From Bacteroidales bacterium UBA1195 (GTDB lineage Bacteria; Bacteroidota; Bacteroidia; Bacteroidales; WCHB1-69), in assembly GCA_002309855.1 (NCBI GenBank), contig DBYD01000035.1:9054-73053 (forward strand): a stretch of DNA of 64,000 nucleotides, in the 5' to 3' direction. Below, one piece after another: positions 36,265 through 46,802 of the stretch. Positions within the stretch are counted from its first letter, which is position 1; every line of letters starts with the position of its first letter. The notes below the pieces were generated by a model that was given only the letters and a program-made list of their open reading frames with translations, was not told where the DNA came from and did not search any database. Position numbers and translations under genes: made by a program.

Positions 36265-38481
36265 TCACCCCTCCCCGAGCTCCAGCTGGTTCTTCACGAG
36301 GCTGTAGTAGGCGCCGCGGAGGGCGGTGAGCTCCTCGTGGGTGCCGCGCTCAACGATGCGGCCGTTGTCAAGCACCACAATCTGGTCGGCGTGGCGGACG
36401 GTGCTAAGCCGGTGCGCCACAATCACCACGGTGCGCCCCTTGTAGAACCGCTGCAGGTTCTCCATGATGATGCGCTCGTTGTTGGCGTCCAAAGCGTTGG
36501 TGGCCTCGTCGAAAAAGAGGTAGTCGGGATTCTTATAGACAGCGCGGGCGATGAGGATGCGCTGCCGCTGCCCCTGGCTGATGCCCTTCCCCTCCTGCCC
36601 TATCTTGGTGTTGAAGCCGGTCGGCAGCGACTCAACCATCTGGCGGATGTTCGCCACATCCGCCGCAAAAAGCAGACGCTGCGTGTCTATCCGCTCCTCG
36701 CCGACCGCAATGTTCCGCGCGATGGTGTCGGAGAAGATGAAGCCCTCCTGCATCACGCTGCCGCAGCGTTCGCGCCAGTAGTGGCGGCTTACCGCCTCCA
36801 GCGGGGTCGCGCCCACACGGATGTCACCGCCGGTCGGGGGATAGAAGCCCAAAAGCAGTTTTACAAGCGTGGTCTTGCCGCTGCCGCTGCCGCCCACGAT
36901 GGCGGTCACCTTGCCGGAGGGAATATCCAGATCAATATCCTGCAGCACATCCGCGCCCAAGGTGTCGTAACGGAAACGGAGGCTGCTCACATGCAGCGAC
37001 GGCAGTGCGCCGCCGGCCTCCACCGGAAGCTGCCGCAGCTTGCCCTCCTCGTCCTCCTCCTCATCCTTGCGGTTGTGGATCTCGCCCAAACGCTCAAGGC
37101 TTATCTTCGCATCCTGCGCCGACTGCACGAATCCGATCATCTGGTTCACGGGCGAGTTGAGCTGCCCGATTATGTACTGCACCGCCGTCATCATGCCGAG
37201 GGTCATGTCGCCGCGGATGACCGCCGCCGCCGAAACGAACGAAATGAGGATGTTCTTCGTCTCGTTGATGAAAAAGGCTCCGCTCTGCTGGTACTGGCTC
37301 AACGCCAAGCCCTTTATGCTCACGCGGAAGAGCCGCGCCTGTATGTTCTCCCATTCCCAGCGCTTCTGCCGCTCGCAGTTGTTCAGTTTTATCTCCTGCA
37401 TACCGGTAATCAGCTGGTACAGGTTGCTCTGCTCCGCCGAAGCCTGCGCGAACCGTTTGTAGTCCAACTCCTTCCTCTTTTTCAAAAAGAGCGTTATCCA
37501 AAAGACATACAGCAGGCTGGCTATCAGAAAGACAATGAACAGCTTCAGGCTATATACCGCCAGCACAACGCTGAAGACAATCAGGCTCACAAAGGAGAAG
37601 AGCGTGTTGAGCGTGGTTGAGGTCAGAAATGCCTCGATGCGGCTGTGGTCGCCGATGCGCTGCATGAGGTCGCCGATCATCTTGGTGTCGAAAAAGCCGA
37701 TGGGCAGCTTCATCAGCTTGATGAGGAAGTCGGAGATGATGGAGATGTTGATGCGCGTGCTGATGTGCAGCAGTATCCACGAGCGGATGAACTCCACTGA
37801 GGTCTGCGCCACGTAGAGGGTCAGCTGCGCGATGAGTATCACCGTCACGAAGCGCAGGTTGCTGTTGCCGATGCCGTAGTCAACGATGCTCTGCGAGAGG
37901 AAAGGGAATATCAGCTGCAGCAGCGTGCCGAGCAGCATCCCGAGAAAGAGCTGGGTGATGAGTTTTTTATATGGTTTCAGATATTTCAGCACAAAGCGCA
38001 GGCGGGTCTTGTCCGGCTTTTCGCCCTCGGCGTTGTAGAAGTCGGGGGTCGGTTCCAGCAGCAGTGCGATGCCCTCCTGCTCCCTGTTGTTCTGCGTGGA
38101 GCACCACGATGAGGCAAACTCCTCCGCAGTATAGCGGATGCGCCCGCCAATCGGGTCGGCCACGCATACTGTGGTGCCGCGACGGCGTTTTTCAATCGCA
38201 TACACCACCACAAAGTGATTCTGCCGCCAATGCACGATGCAGGGCAGCGGCGCCTCACACAGTTTTTCAAAACTTATGCGCACTCCGAGGCTCTTGAAGC
38301 CGATACTCTCCGCCGCCGCGCTGATTCCGAGCAGGCTCACCCCCTCGCGGCTGTAGCTGCTGCGCTGCCGCAACGTCTCCAAATTGTAATGGCGGCCGTA
38401 GTGCGCCGCAACCATCCGCAGGCAGGTCGGCCCGCAATCCATCGCATCCAACTGCGTAAACAAAGGGAATTTTTTTTTCAT
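36265..38481 (-). CDS. Peptidase C39 domain-containing ABC transporter (bacteriocin-type exporter)
   Basis: The N-terminal C39 domain carries QLDAMDCGPTCLRMV. It has 6 TM helices, Walker A GGSGSGKTT, signature ISQGQRQR and Walker B LFFDEATNALD. Confidence 0.85.
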   Translation of the reverse strand: MKKKFPLFTQLDAMDCGPTCLRMVAAHYGRHYNLETLRQRSSYSREGVSLLGISAAAESIGFKSLGVRISFEKLCEAPLPCIVHWRQNHFVVVYAIEKRRRGTTVCVADPIGGRIRYTAEEFASSWCSTQNNREQEGIALLLEPTPDFYNAEGEKPDKTRLRFVLKYLKPYKKLITQLFLGMLLGTLLQLIFPFLSQSIVDYGIGNSNLRFVTVILIAQLTLYVAQTSVEFIRSWILLHISTRINISIISDFLIKLMKLPIGFFDTKMIGDLMQRIGDHSRIEAFLTSTTLNTLFSFVSLIVFSVVLAVYSLKLFIVFLIASLLYVFWITLFLKKRKELDYKRFAQASAEQSNLYQLITGMQEIKLNNCERQKRWEWENIQARLFRVSIKGLALSQYQQSGAFFINETKNILISFVSAAAVIRGDMTLGMMTAVQYIIGQLNSPVNQMIGFVQSAQDAKISLERLGEIHNRKDEEEDEEGKLRQLPVEAGGALPSLHVSSLRFRYDTLGADVLQDIDLDIPSGKVTAIVGGSGSGKTTLVKLLLGFYPPTGGDIRVGATPLEAVSRHYWRERCGSVMQEGFIFSDTIARNIAVGEERIDTQRLLFAADVANIRQMVESLPTGFNTKIGQEGKGISQGQRQRILIARAVYKNPDYLFFDEATNALDANNERIIMENLQRFYKGRTVVIVAHRLSTVRHADQIVVLDNGRIVERGTHEELTALRGAYYSLVKNQLELGEG

Positions 38482-38484
38482 TTT

Positions 38485-39810
38485 TTATCGGTACAATATA
38501 GCCTTTATCGGATTCAAAAATCTGTCTATCAACCGTAAATCGTCCGTAATCACCTCCGCCGTGCCGGTCATCTCCTGCGTGAAATCCAGCTGTTTGTGGT
38601 ATGTGGTCTCTAACCGCTGCGGAAAATCCACCTCAAGCAGGAATGCGCGTCCGCCCTCCGGCAGCTGCACCGGCACCAATGATATATGCCGTATGGCAAC
38701 CTTCACCATGCCGTATTCCATGTAGGGGTAGCCGTCAAACTTGATGTTGGCGGTCTGACCCACCTTAACCTTGCCAGCACCTTGCGGCGGAAGCAATATC
38801 TTCCCGATGATGCGTGCCTGCCGCTCCGGCACAACCGTTGCCACCACCTCACCTGCGGTCACGTTCTGGTTGCGCTGCCAGTAGGTGGTGAAGGCCACCC
38901 TGCCTTCGCACGGCGCCTTGAGCAGGTAGGTCTGCTCCCACGCCTCCATTTCGGCCAGCAGCCCGTCACGCGCCCCCTCCAAAGCAAGGTTTAGGCTGTT
39001 TTCCTGGTCGTTGCGCTGCTGCTCCAGGTCGAAGAGGCTCTGCTCCAGCTGCAGCAGGCTCATACGACGGTTGTCGCAGGTGGCGCAGGCCGATTCATAC
39101 TCCTGCCGCTGCTGAAGGTAGCGGCTCCGGCTGTTCTCATATTCCGATTTCGAGGTCAGCCCCTTGGCGTGGAGGCCGGAGTCCATCGCAAAGAGGGTGT
39201 GGGCGATTTCGAGCTGCTGGCGCTGGGTGTTCCGCTGACGCTCGCTGTTCCTGAGCAGCAGACGTCCGGCGGCAATCTCCTTACCGATGGCCTTGGCCTT
39301 CTGCCGGTGGTAGTCGGTGCGGATAAAGTAGTCGTAGTCCTCACGCGCCTTGAGGTAGGCGAAGTAGGCGGACTGGATGCCGCCAAGCTGTAGCAGCGTG
39401 TCGCGGGAGGCTTCGGAGATGTGATGCCGCAGCCATTGCACGTCCTGCCACCGCGCCGGGTTCTCCAGCACGGCGATGGGCGCACCCTCCGTCACAATTT
39501 CACCCTCAGTGACGAAAAGCGTGTCGATTTTGCCGCTGCTACGCGCCGCCACACCTGCAGGCAGGTGCTCCGTTGTCACCGTCACAGGTGCCTGCAGCAC
39601 GTCCGGATATTTGATGAAGCAGCTGCCGGCGAACAGCCCCGCAACCACAACAAATATTACGGTGATGCCCCAGCGCACGATCCTCCTCGGCGGCCTGCCG
39701 AGGATTTCACGGACCTCCTCACTGCGGAGGGAAAGGTTCGCATCGTCCTGAAACATTTCCGCATTCTCCGCTCCCTGAGCGGATTCCATGTCAGACCTCA
39801 CGTTATCCAT
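38485..39810 (-). CDS. HlyD-family membrane fusion/secretion protein
   Basis: It has a single N-terminal TM helix, a long coiled-coil hairpin and a beta-barrel C-terminus. It sits directly upstream of the ABC gene. Confidence 0.75.
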   Translation of the reverse strand: MDNVRSDMESAQGAENAEMFQDDANLSLRSEEVREILGRPPRRIVRWGITVIFVVVAGLFAGSCFIKYPDVLQAPVTVTTEHLPAGVAARSSGKIDTLFVTEGEIVTEGAPIAVLENPARWQDVQWLRHHISEASRDTLLQLGGIQSAYFAYLKAREDYDYFIRTDYHRQKAKAIGKEIAAGRLLLRNSERQRNTQRQQLEIAHTLFAMDSGLHAKGLTSKSEYENSRSRYLQQRQEYESACATCDNRRMSLLQLEQSLFDLEQQRNDQENSLNLALEGARDGLLAEMEAWEQTYLLKAPCEGRVAFTTYWQRNQNVTAGEVVATVVPERQARIIGKILLPPQGAGKVKVGQTANIKFDGYPYMEYGMVKVAIRHISLVPVQLPEGGRAFLLEVDFPQRLETTYHKQLDFTQEMTGTAEVITDDLRLIDRFLNPIKAILYR

Positions 39811-40030
39811 GATTTATTTTTTTACATTTTTTACCATTTTCGCAAGCCTCTGCCTGCGGCTGCAAAAGTAGTAAAAATTGGGATGCGAAACAACAGCACG
39901 CGGCATTATTTTCAATCTTTGCAGAATCCGCACCGGCAGAAATGCCAAATTTTGCGATTTTGAGCATTTTTGGCGAAAAAAATTTTGCGAATCCAAAAAA
40001 TGGCTACTTTTGCATCCAAAATCTGATAAC

Positions 40031-41026
40031 ATGAAGCATAATTGCAAAAAACTATCCATCATTATCGCATGCGGCCTGCTCTGCATGGCCGGATGCCAGC
40101 GCTCCCGGCAGGAGAGCCAGCCTGCGGAAACATCCACCAAACCGGTGGAGCGTCCCTCCTTTGACGCCGATTCGGCATACGCCTATGTCGCGGCCCAGTG
40201 CGGTTTCGGCCCGAGAGTGCCCAACACTGAGGCGCACCGCCGTTGCAGCCGGTACATCATTGAAACTTTACGCAGCTTCTGCGACACGGTATATGTGCAG
40301 GAATTCTCTGTACGCGCATACGACGGCACAATACTGAAGGGAAAAAACATCATCGGCAGCTTCAACCCGCAGTCGGACAAGCGCCTGTTCGCCGCCGCCC
40401 ATTGGGACTCCCGCCCCTACGCCGACCACGACCCCAATCCGGCAAACCACCGCACCCCGATTGACGGCGCCAACGACGGCGCGAGCGGTATCGGCGTGCT
40501 GATGGAGAGTGCCCGCCAGCTTTCCCTAAACCGTCCGCAGAACGGCATCGACCTCATCTGCTTCGATGTGGAGGATTACGGAGCACCGCAGGATGAAGAA
40601 TCAGGCATCCAGGACGACTGGTGCCTCGGCTCGCAATACTGGTCACAGCATCCGCACATTCCAGGCTACCGCGCCCGTTTCGGCGTGCTGCTTGACATGG
40701 TCGGGGGAGAGAACGCGGTCTTCTGCAAGGAGGGGACCTCCGACTATTATGCCCGCGACATCATGGAGCGGGTATGGAACGCGGCGGCGCAATTGGGCTA
40801 CGCCCCTGTTTTCAGCCGCAAAGTTACCGCCCCCATCATCGACGACCATCTTTACATTAACAAGATGACACGCATCCCGGTGATTGACATAATCGAATAT
40901 CACGATGGGAGCGGCACGGGATTCAACCCGAAATGGCACACGCTTGAGGACAATCTCCAGAACATCGACCGCAACACCCTGCAGAAGGTGGGCGAAGTGC
41001 TGCTGCACACCCTGCGCAACGAATAG
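40031..41026 (+). CDS. M28-family glutaminyl-peptide cyclotransferase-like lipoprotein
   Basis: It has a lipobox (LLCMAGCQ) and the motifs AAHWDSRPYADHD, DGANDGASGIGVLME and ICFDVEDYG. A TActTTTG -7 box lies upstream. Confidence 0.7.
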   Translation: MKHNCKKLSIIIACGLLCMAGCQRSRQESQPAETSTKPVERPSFDADSAYAYVAAQCGFGPRVPNTEAHRRCSRYIIETLRSFCDTVYVQEFSVRAYDGTILKGKNIIGSFNPQSDKRLFAAAHWDSRPYADHDPNPANHRTPIDGANDGASGIGVLMESARQLSLNRPQNGIDLICFDVEDYGAPQDEESGIQDDWCLGSQYWSQHPHIPGYRARFGVLLDMVGGENAVFCKEGTSDYYARDIMERVWNAAAQLGYAPVFSRKVTAPIIDDHLYINKMTRIPVIDIIEYHDGSGTGFNPKWHTLEDNLQNIDRNTLQKVGEVLLHTLRNE

Positions 41027-41047
41027 GGAATTATCATTATTTCCTTT

Positions 41048-43483
41048 CTACATATTATTTTCATCCAAGGTTCCGCCCTTCCTGGCCTGGCGTTCCAGCT
41101 CCATTTTTCCGAAACGGAAAGTCAGTCCTACCGCAAGATAGCGGCTGACATAATCCGATGTGGACTGGTAGGCATAGTACGGATTGTTGCCCGTCTTGAC
41201 CGTCCTGTTCCAATTGAAGATATCCTTCGCATTGACATATACGCTCATGCGGTGCGTGAACAGGTCCGCACTCATGCCGCAGTCAATGCTTTTGTTGGAG
41301 GCTCTCTCATAGAGCAGGCCCTGGGTCGCCGTGATGAAATTGCCTGAGGCAAACAACTCGAAAATCTTCCATTTGGCCCAAACATTCGCCCTGACGGCAC
41401 CGGACAGCATCCTACGTTCCAACGTTTCACCGGCACGGAAACGGTAGCTGTAGTCATCCTCGAACAGACGGGCGTATACACGGAACATCAGGAAAGGTTT
41501 GGGCCTGTAGGTCAGGTTCAGTTCCCCTCCCGTCCTGCGTGCATCCCCAATATTGACATCCTGGGTAAAGCTTACAATACGTCCAAGAAAATCAGAATAA
41601 ACCACATCACTCAGATTTCCGATCTCATTGCGGGTGGCACGATAGTAGGCGTTCAGCCCAACCGAAGCATGGGTGAAATACCTTGTCCATCCCGCCTCCA
41701 ACTGATGGTTAAAGGCCTTGGAAAGCTCCGGATTCCCCACGCTGAAGCTTTCCAAGTCATAGATTACAAAACTGGTAAGCTGCGCCACTCCGGGCGGCGT
41801 GCAACGACGGGTGTAACTCATGGTAAAGGCATGGTGATGATTGGGGGTCTGATAGGAAAAGTGCAGCGATGGCAGCAGTGAAAGGTAATCCCGGCTGAAG
41901 TCAAAAGAGGGATCCGACGGGTACAGACCCCTGAGGTTCTGGCATTCCATCCTCAGACCCGCCTTGACTTTCAGTTTCCATACTTGTTGTTGCAGGGTGG
42001 TGTACAAGGCCGACTGGGATGTATGGAATTCCGAATGAAATGAACGGACCGTATCGGCATGGAAATCCGTTTCCGTATTTTCCTTGATGCTGTAATCTTT
42101 AAGGTCTGTCTGGTAATTGTACTGGAAAGAGGCGCCCAAATCCCACTCCGCCTTGTTGTGGCAAGGATGAATATAATCTACCGACAGATTGGTGCCGATG
42201 CTGCGTCTGGCCGCATCCAGACGGAGATGGACATCCTTTTCGGGAAGCGTTTCGAAAATGCGTTGCTGTTCAGATGGAAGGCTATATGTGGAGGCATTGG
42301 CACCGCCTCTTCCGGTAAGCCTCCGTCCGCCGGAGAGACGGCGCTGGTACATGAACCCTCCGTTGCCTCTTAAACCGATGGTAGAGGCACTTTCAAGCTG
42401 GCTGAAGGCATATTCGGGAGGCAGCAGCACAAACTCCCTGCGCAGATTTTCCGTCTGCCGGTCACGGACGCTTTTTCCTGGGAAACCCGTAGCATACAGC
42501 ATCAGGGTGGAGAGACTGTCCACGGCTTTGGCAAGGGTGAATCCGACAAAGGCGTTGCAGTTGCGTTCCTTGTGGGTGAAACTGTAACTGTCCTCACTGT
42601 ACGGCAGCTTCTCCTCCGTGAGGATGTGCCGGTATCCACTTTCAGTGGCATCCGAAAAATAATAGTTACACCCTCCGAAAACATTAAGGCTCAAATCTTT
42701 CTTGGAATACACATAGGTGATCCACGGCAGCACATAGGGCAGGGAGGCCACGCCTGTTCCGAATGAAAGGAACTCGCTACTGTTGACTGGGGAGGTGGTC
42801 ACGATGTTCACGATGCCGCCTCCTGAAGAGGCATAGCGGGCCGAAGGATTGGGAATGACCTCAATCCGTTTCACCATGCTCGCCGGCATACTTTTCAGGT
42901 ATTGTTTTAATGTGATGGCTGTCAGATGGGAAGGCTCATCGTTGATGCGGATTTCAACGTCCGACATTCCGCGGAGCGAAACGTTCCCTTCCACATCCAC
43001 CTCCAGTCCGGGCGCCTGCTGTAGTGCGTCCGCCATCGTCCCGGCCTGCACACTCGGGTCCTCCTTCACATTGTAGATGTTCTTTTCGCCATCTACCGTA
43101 TAGATCGGACGTTTTTCCTTCACAGTCACGGCTTTCAGGGAATAAGGGTCGGTATCCATCCACAAGGTGTCCAGCATACGGTGCCGCATAACCTCCAATG
43201 GGACCAATAACGTCTTGTAATTCAAGGAGCTTATTTTCAGCAGATAGTTTCCCGGTTTCACATGGGAAAAAACGAAGTATCCTGTTCCGTCACTCAGGCA
43301 GGAATAGGCTGCGCTGCTGTCGTCCGCATCCACCAGCGAAACACGGACAAAGGGGATGGCCGTCCGCACGTTCCGGTCGCAGGCACGGCCGGAAACAATG
43401 TAGTCCGCCTGCTGCGCCGACGCACATAAGACACCCATACTAATTAACAATGTTATCCATAGCCGTTTCGTTTGCTTCATCAT
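41048..43483 (-). CDS. Outer-membrane beta-barrel / TonB-dependent-receptor-like protein with CarboxypepD_reg N-domain
   Basis: It has a signal peptide, a CarbopepD_reg-like segment (SGRACD...GYFVFSHVKPGNYLLKIS), a plug-like region and a long beta-barrel ending ..LTFRFG. Confidence 0.7.
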   Translation of the reverse strand: MMKQTKRLWITLLISMGVLCASAQQADYIVSGRACDRNVRTAIPFVRVSLVDADDSSAAYSCLSDGTGYFVFSHVKPGNYLLKISSLNYKTLLVPLEVMRHRMLDTLWMDTDPYSLKAVTVKEKRPIYTVDGEKNIYNVKEDPSVQAGTMADALQQAPGLEVDVEGNVSLRGMSDVEIRINDEPSHLTAITLKQYLKSMPASMVKRIEVIPNPSARYASSGGGIVNIVTTSPVNSSEFLSFGTGVASLPYVLPWITYVYSKKDLSLNVFGGCNYYFSDATESGYRHILTEEKLPYSEDSYSFTHKERNCNAFVGFTLAKAVDSLSTLMLYATGFPGKSVRDRQTENLRREFVLLPPEYAFSQLESASTIGLRGNGGFMYQRRLSGGRRLTGRGGANASTYSLPSEQQRIFETLPEKDVHLRLDAARRSIGTNLSVDYIHPCHNKAEWDLGASFQYNYQTDLKDYSIKENTETDFHADTVRSFHSEFHTSQSALYTTLQQQVWKLKVKAGLRMECQNLRGLYPSDPSFDFSRDYLSLLPSLHFSYQTPNHHHAFTMSYTRRCTPPGVAQLTSFVIYDLESFSVGNPELSKAFNHQLEAGWTRYFTHASVGLNAYYRATRNEIGNLSDVVYSDFLGRIVSFTQDVNIGDARRTGGELNLTYRPKPFLMFRVYARLFEDDYSYRFRAGETLERRMLSGAVRANVWAKWKIFELFASGNFITATQGLLYERASNKSIDCGMSADLFTHRMSVYVNAKDIFNWNRTVKTGNNPYYAYQSTSDYVSRYLAVGLTFRFGKMELERQARKGGTLDENNM

Positions 43484-43782
43484 AACTGAATTATTTTACT
43501 GCAAATTTACTTATTATTAAGATATTTTTCTTAAAAAAATAATATTTTTTTTTAATATTGGAAATCAAATATTAACACAACTTACTGACAGTCTCACCGC
43601 CGAAAACCACCTTATTTTGGCATCGTATCCCCAACTTTTTCCGCAGAATTTGGAAGGATTTTGCGAAAAAAACACCTAGTATTCCCTATCCTGCAAATTA
43701 GACATAGACCAAATAAACCTCCTTACAAACAAGAAAATTGCGGTACAATTTTTGCACATTTTTGGCAAAAATTTTGTCATCC

Positions 43783-45108
43783 ATGATTTTAAAAAACAAA
43801 CACACTATCCTAATTTTATGCCTGTTTGCCATCGGTACGACCGCCAATGGACAGGGACAGCAGTGGACGCTAAAACAGTGTCTTGACTATGCGCACAGCA
43901 ACAACATCCAGATCAGGCAGGCGGACCTGCGGATACAGGAGAGCGAACTGAATAAAAAACAGAGTGTCGCCTCGCTGTTCCCCTCCGTCACAGCCTCGAC
44001 CTCCGTCGGGCTGAACCGGCAGAATGTGAGGAACTCCATGAACGAATACATGTCGGACAACACGGTGAACGCACGCTACAACGTCGGGGCAAACCTGAGG
44101 CTCTTCAACGGGCTGAAGCAGTACAACAGCATAAAGCAGAACGAGCTGAACGTGCAGATACAGGAGGTGGAGAAGGAGAACACTGTTTTCAACACCGACC
44201 TCTCCATCATCCGCTCATACATGCAGATAGCCTACCTGAAGGAATCGGTGACCGCGCTGGAGGGAAGCGTCGCCTCCTCCAAGGCGCAACTGGACCTTTC
44301 GGAGCAGAAGCTGAAGGCCGGAGCAATCTCCCAAAGCGACCATGCACAGGTCGAGGCGCAGTACAGCAGGGACCGGTACCAGCTTGTTCTCGGCGAGAAC
44401 CAGTTGAAGGAGCAGGTTCTGCAGCTGAAGCAGCTGCTGGAGTTGGGCATCAGCGACAACATTGACATTGTAGCCGTCCCTGTAAATGAGGATGATATTT
44501 TAGCGGCTCTGCCCGACAAACAGTTCATTTACGACCGGGCACTGCAAAACCTTCCATCGGCACGCCAGCAGCAGCTGAATGTGGAATCGGCCGAACTGGA
44601 CCGGAAGATTGCGACCGGAGGCTATTTTCCATCGCTCTCACTTTCGGCAAGCGTCGGCACAGGCAACTGGTTCGACTCGGACGAAAGTTTCAGCAATCAG
44701 ATAAGCGACAACCTGAACGAAAGCGTCAGCCTTTCGCTGAGCATTCCCATCTTCAACGGGCTGCAGACCCGCACCAATGTGCAGAAGGCCCAGCTTAACA
44801 GGCAGAACGCCGCCCTCAACAAAACCGCGATGGAAAAGGATCTTCTCAGCACCATCGAGGGGCTGTACAACGACGCTATGGCCGCACAGAGCCAATACAG
44901 CCAGGCGCTGCTGCAGCTGAAAGCTGCGGAGACCAGCCACGACCTGATAAAGGAGCAGTACAAGTTGGGATTGAAGAGTGCGGTGGAGCTTGTGGTGAGC
45001 GACAACAACCTGCTGAACGCCACCCAGACAATGCTGCAGACCAAATACACCGCCGCGCTTGCCGTCAGACTGCTGCAATATTACCAGGGGAACCCGATTG
45101 AACAGTAA
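43783..45108 (+). CDS. TolC-family outer membrane efflux protein
   Basis: It has a signal peptide (MILKNKHTILILCLFAIGTTANGQ), LKQCLDYAHSNN and two repeated helical/beta halves. Confidence 0.8.
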   Translation: MILKNKHTILILCLFAIGTTANGQGQQWTLKQCLDYAHSNNIQIRQADLRIQESELNKKQSVASLFPSVTASTSVGLNRQNVRNSMNEYMSDNTVNARYNVGANLRLFNGLKQYNSIKQNELNVQIQEVEKENTVFNTDLSIIRSYMQIAYLKESVTALEGSVASSKAQLDLSEQKLKAGAISQSDHAQVEAQYSRDRYQLVLGENQLKEQVLQLKQLLELGISDNIDIVAVPVNEDDILAALPDKQFIYDRALQNLPSARQQQLNVESAELDRKIATGGYFPSLSLSASVGTGNWFDSDESFSNQISDNLNESVSLSLSIPIFNGLQTRTNVQKAQLNRQNAALNKTAMEKDLLSTIEGLYNDAMAAQSQYSQALLQLKAAETSHDLIKEQYKLGLKSAVELVVSDNNLLNATQTMLQTKYTAALAVRLLQYYQGNPIEQ

Positions 45109-45144
45109 GCGACACCCGACACACCACAACAGTCCGCAATTCCA

Positions 45145-45672
45145 CTATTTTCCAGTTTTCTCCAGATATTTTGCCGGCACCTCCACCGAAAGGACGGTCA
45201 GCCCTTCAATGCGGACAATCACACGTGTTTTGCCGCGCAGTTCAAGGCACTCCCCTTCCAGTCCGGCAAACGCGCCATCCTTGACGCACACCCTGTCACC
45301 CTTGCGCAGATGCAGATCCTCAACGCTCAACGTGGCGTCACGGGACTCCACCAGCCGGATGAAATCCTCCACCTGCTTGTCAGGCACCACCATCGATGAA
45401 CCTGTGAAGCGGTCCACGACATACTGCATCCACAATCCGCCCAACTGGCTTAGCAGCGCAAAACGTTCGTCAGGCACGACACGGATGAACATCAGGTTTG
45501 GCAGCAGCGGGACATCCACCTGCCTCCGCCGGCCTCCGGCGTAAATGCGGGTCTCCCTACGCAGCGGAATGTAGTTTTCCACCCCAAGGTCGTTCAGCCT
45601 CAGTTTTATCTTCTTCTCCTGCCGGGCACGGGTGCGTCCGACATACCATTTTTTATCCTTTTCAAGCATCAT
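45145..45672 (-). CDS. UpxY-family (NusG-like) transcription antiterminator
   Basis: It has an NGN-like N-terminus (WYVGRTRARQEKK) and a KOW motif (KGDRVCVKDGAFAGLEG). Its start abuts the murB stop. Confidence 0.7.
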   Translation of the reverse strand: MMLEKDKKWYVGRTRARQEKKIKLRLNDLGVENYIPLRRETRIYAGGRRRQVDVPLLPNLMFIRVVPDERFALLSQLGGLWMQYVVDRFTGSSMVVPDKQVEDFIRLVESRDATLSVEDLHLRKGDRVCVKDGAFAGLEGECLELRGKTRVIVRIEGLTVLSVEVPAKYLEKTGK

Positions 45673-46677
45673 CTATATTATTATCACCTCCTCCTCAAGC
45701 CGGATGCCGTAACGTTGCTCCACCGAATCCCGGATATCGCAGGCCAGCTGCAGAATCTCACCGCCGGTGGCACGCCCGTAGTTGACAAGTACAAGAGCCT
45801 GCCGCACATGCACGCCCGCATCGCCGCGACGGTAACCTTTCCAGCCGAGAGAATCTATCAGCTGCGCGGCTGAAAGTTTGACCCCATCCCCTTCCGGGAA
45901 GCCCTTTAGCTGCGGAAAGGCGGCATGAAGTTCCTGCCATTTTCCGGCTGTAACTACCGGATTCCTGAAAAAACTCCCGGCACTGCCCAGCACCTTCACA
46001 TCGGGAAGCTTCTCCCGCCTGATTTCCGAAACGACTTCGTAAACCGACGAGATGGTGGTTCCGCCACGCTGGCGCAGCCGCTCGGCCACATCGCCGTATT
46101 CCGTGTGGAAATGCGGTTCGAGCGAAAGGGAAAACCGGACAGATCGCACAAGATATTCCCCGCGACAACGCTTGAAAAGGCTTGTCCGGTAGCCGAAGCC
46201 GCATTCCTCGCGTGAAAAGGAACACTCCTCACCGCTCTTAAGGCAGACCGCACGCACCGAAGAAACGACATCCTTCACCTCACAGCCGTATGCCCCGATG
46301 TTCTGCACCACCGCGCCGCCAACCTGCGCCGGAATCAGAGCCAGATTCTCAACACCGTAATAACCATGCGCGACACAATGGCGCACAAAATCGTCCCAAA
46401 CCTCACCGGCGGCAACCTCCAGCAGCACACGCCCCTCCTGGCGCGAAATCTCCCGGATGCCCTTTGTTGCCATGCGCACCACAGTACCATGGTAGTCGCC
46501 CGTGAAAAGAATATTTGCGCCGCTCCCCAAAATCAGACAGGAGCCGGCATCAAAACCGGAGGCAAGGAACGAATCCACCTCCCCACCGGTACGGAGTTCC
46601 AACAGACGGTCTGCCGAAACATCCACACCGAATGTATTATACGGTTTCAGGGACACATTTTCAAACTCCAACATCAA
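45673..46677 (-). CDS. murB: UDP-N-acetylenolpyruvoylglucosamine reductase
   Basis: It has an FAD-binding N-domain (LKPYNTFGV..., ILGSGANILF) and SAAQLID..G.KG in the C-domain. Confidence 0.88.
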   Translation of the reverse strand: MMLEFENVSLKPYNTFGVDVSADRLLELRTGGEVDSFLASGFDAGSCLILGSGANILFTGDYHGTVVRMATKGIREISRQEGRVLLEVAAGEVWDDFVRHCVAHGYYGVENLALIPAQVGGAVVQNIGAYGCEVKDVVSSVRAVCLKSGEECSFSREECGFGYRTSLFKRCRGEYLVRSVRFSLSLEPHFHTEYGDVAERLRQRGGTTISSVYEVVSEIRREKLPDVKVLGSAGSFFRNPVVTAGKWQELHAAFPQLKGFPEGDGVKLSAAQLIDSLGWKGYRRGDAGVHVRQALVLVNYGRATGGEILQLACDIRDSVEQRYGIRLEEEVIII

Positions 46678-46802
46678 TTTCTGTTTTTTCAGCGTGCAAA
46701 AGTAATCTTTTTTTTAACTACCTTTGCATTTTGTGCATAAACTTTATTGAGTTTTATAAATTATTGGAAATAAATTATTTAAAATAACATAGCGTATTTC
46801 AG

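Noticed and set aside
39814-40140. A 108-aa minus-strand ORF in the hlyD / glutaminyl-cyclase divergent region, considered as a possible bacteriocin precursor or regulator.
   Set aside because: It spans the promoter region and the lipoprotein signal-peptide region of the plus-strand QC gene. It has no GG-leader or HTH features.
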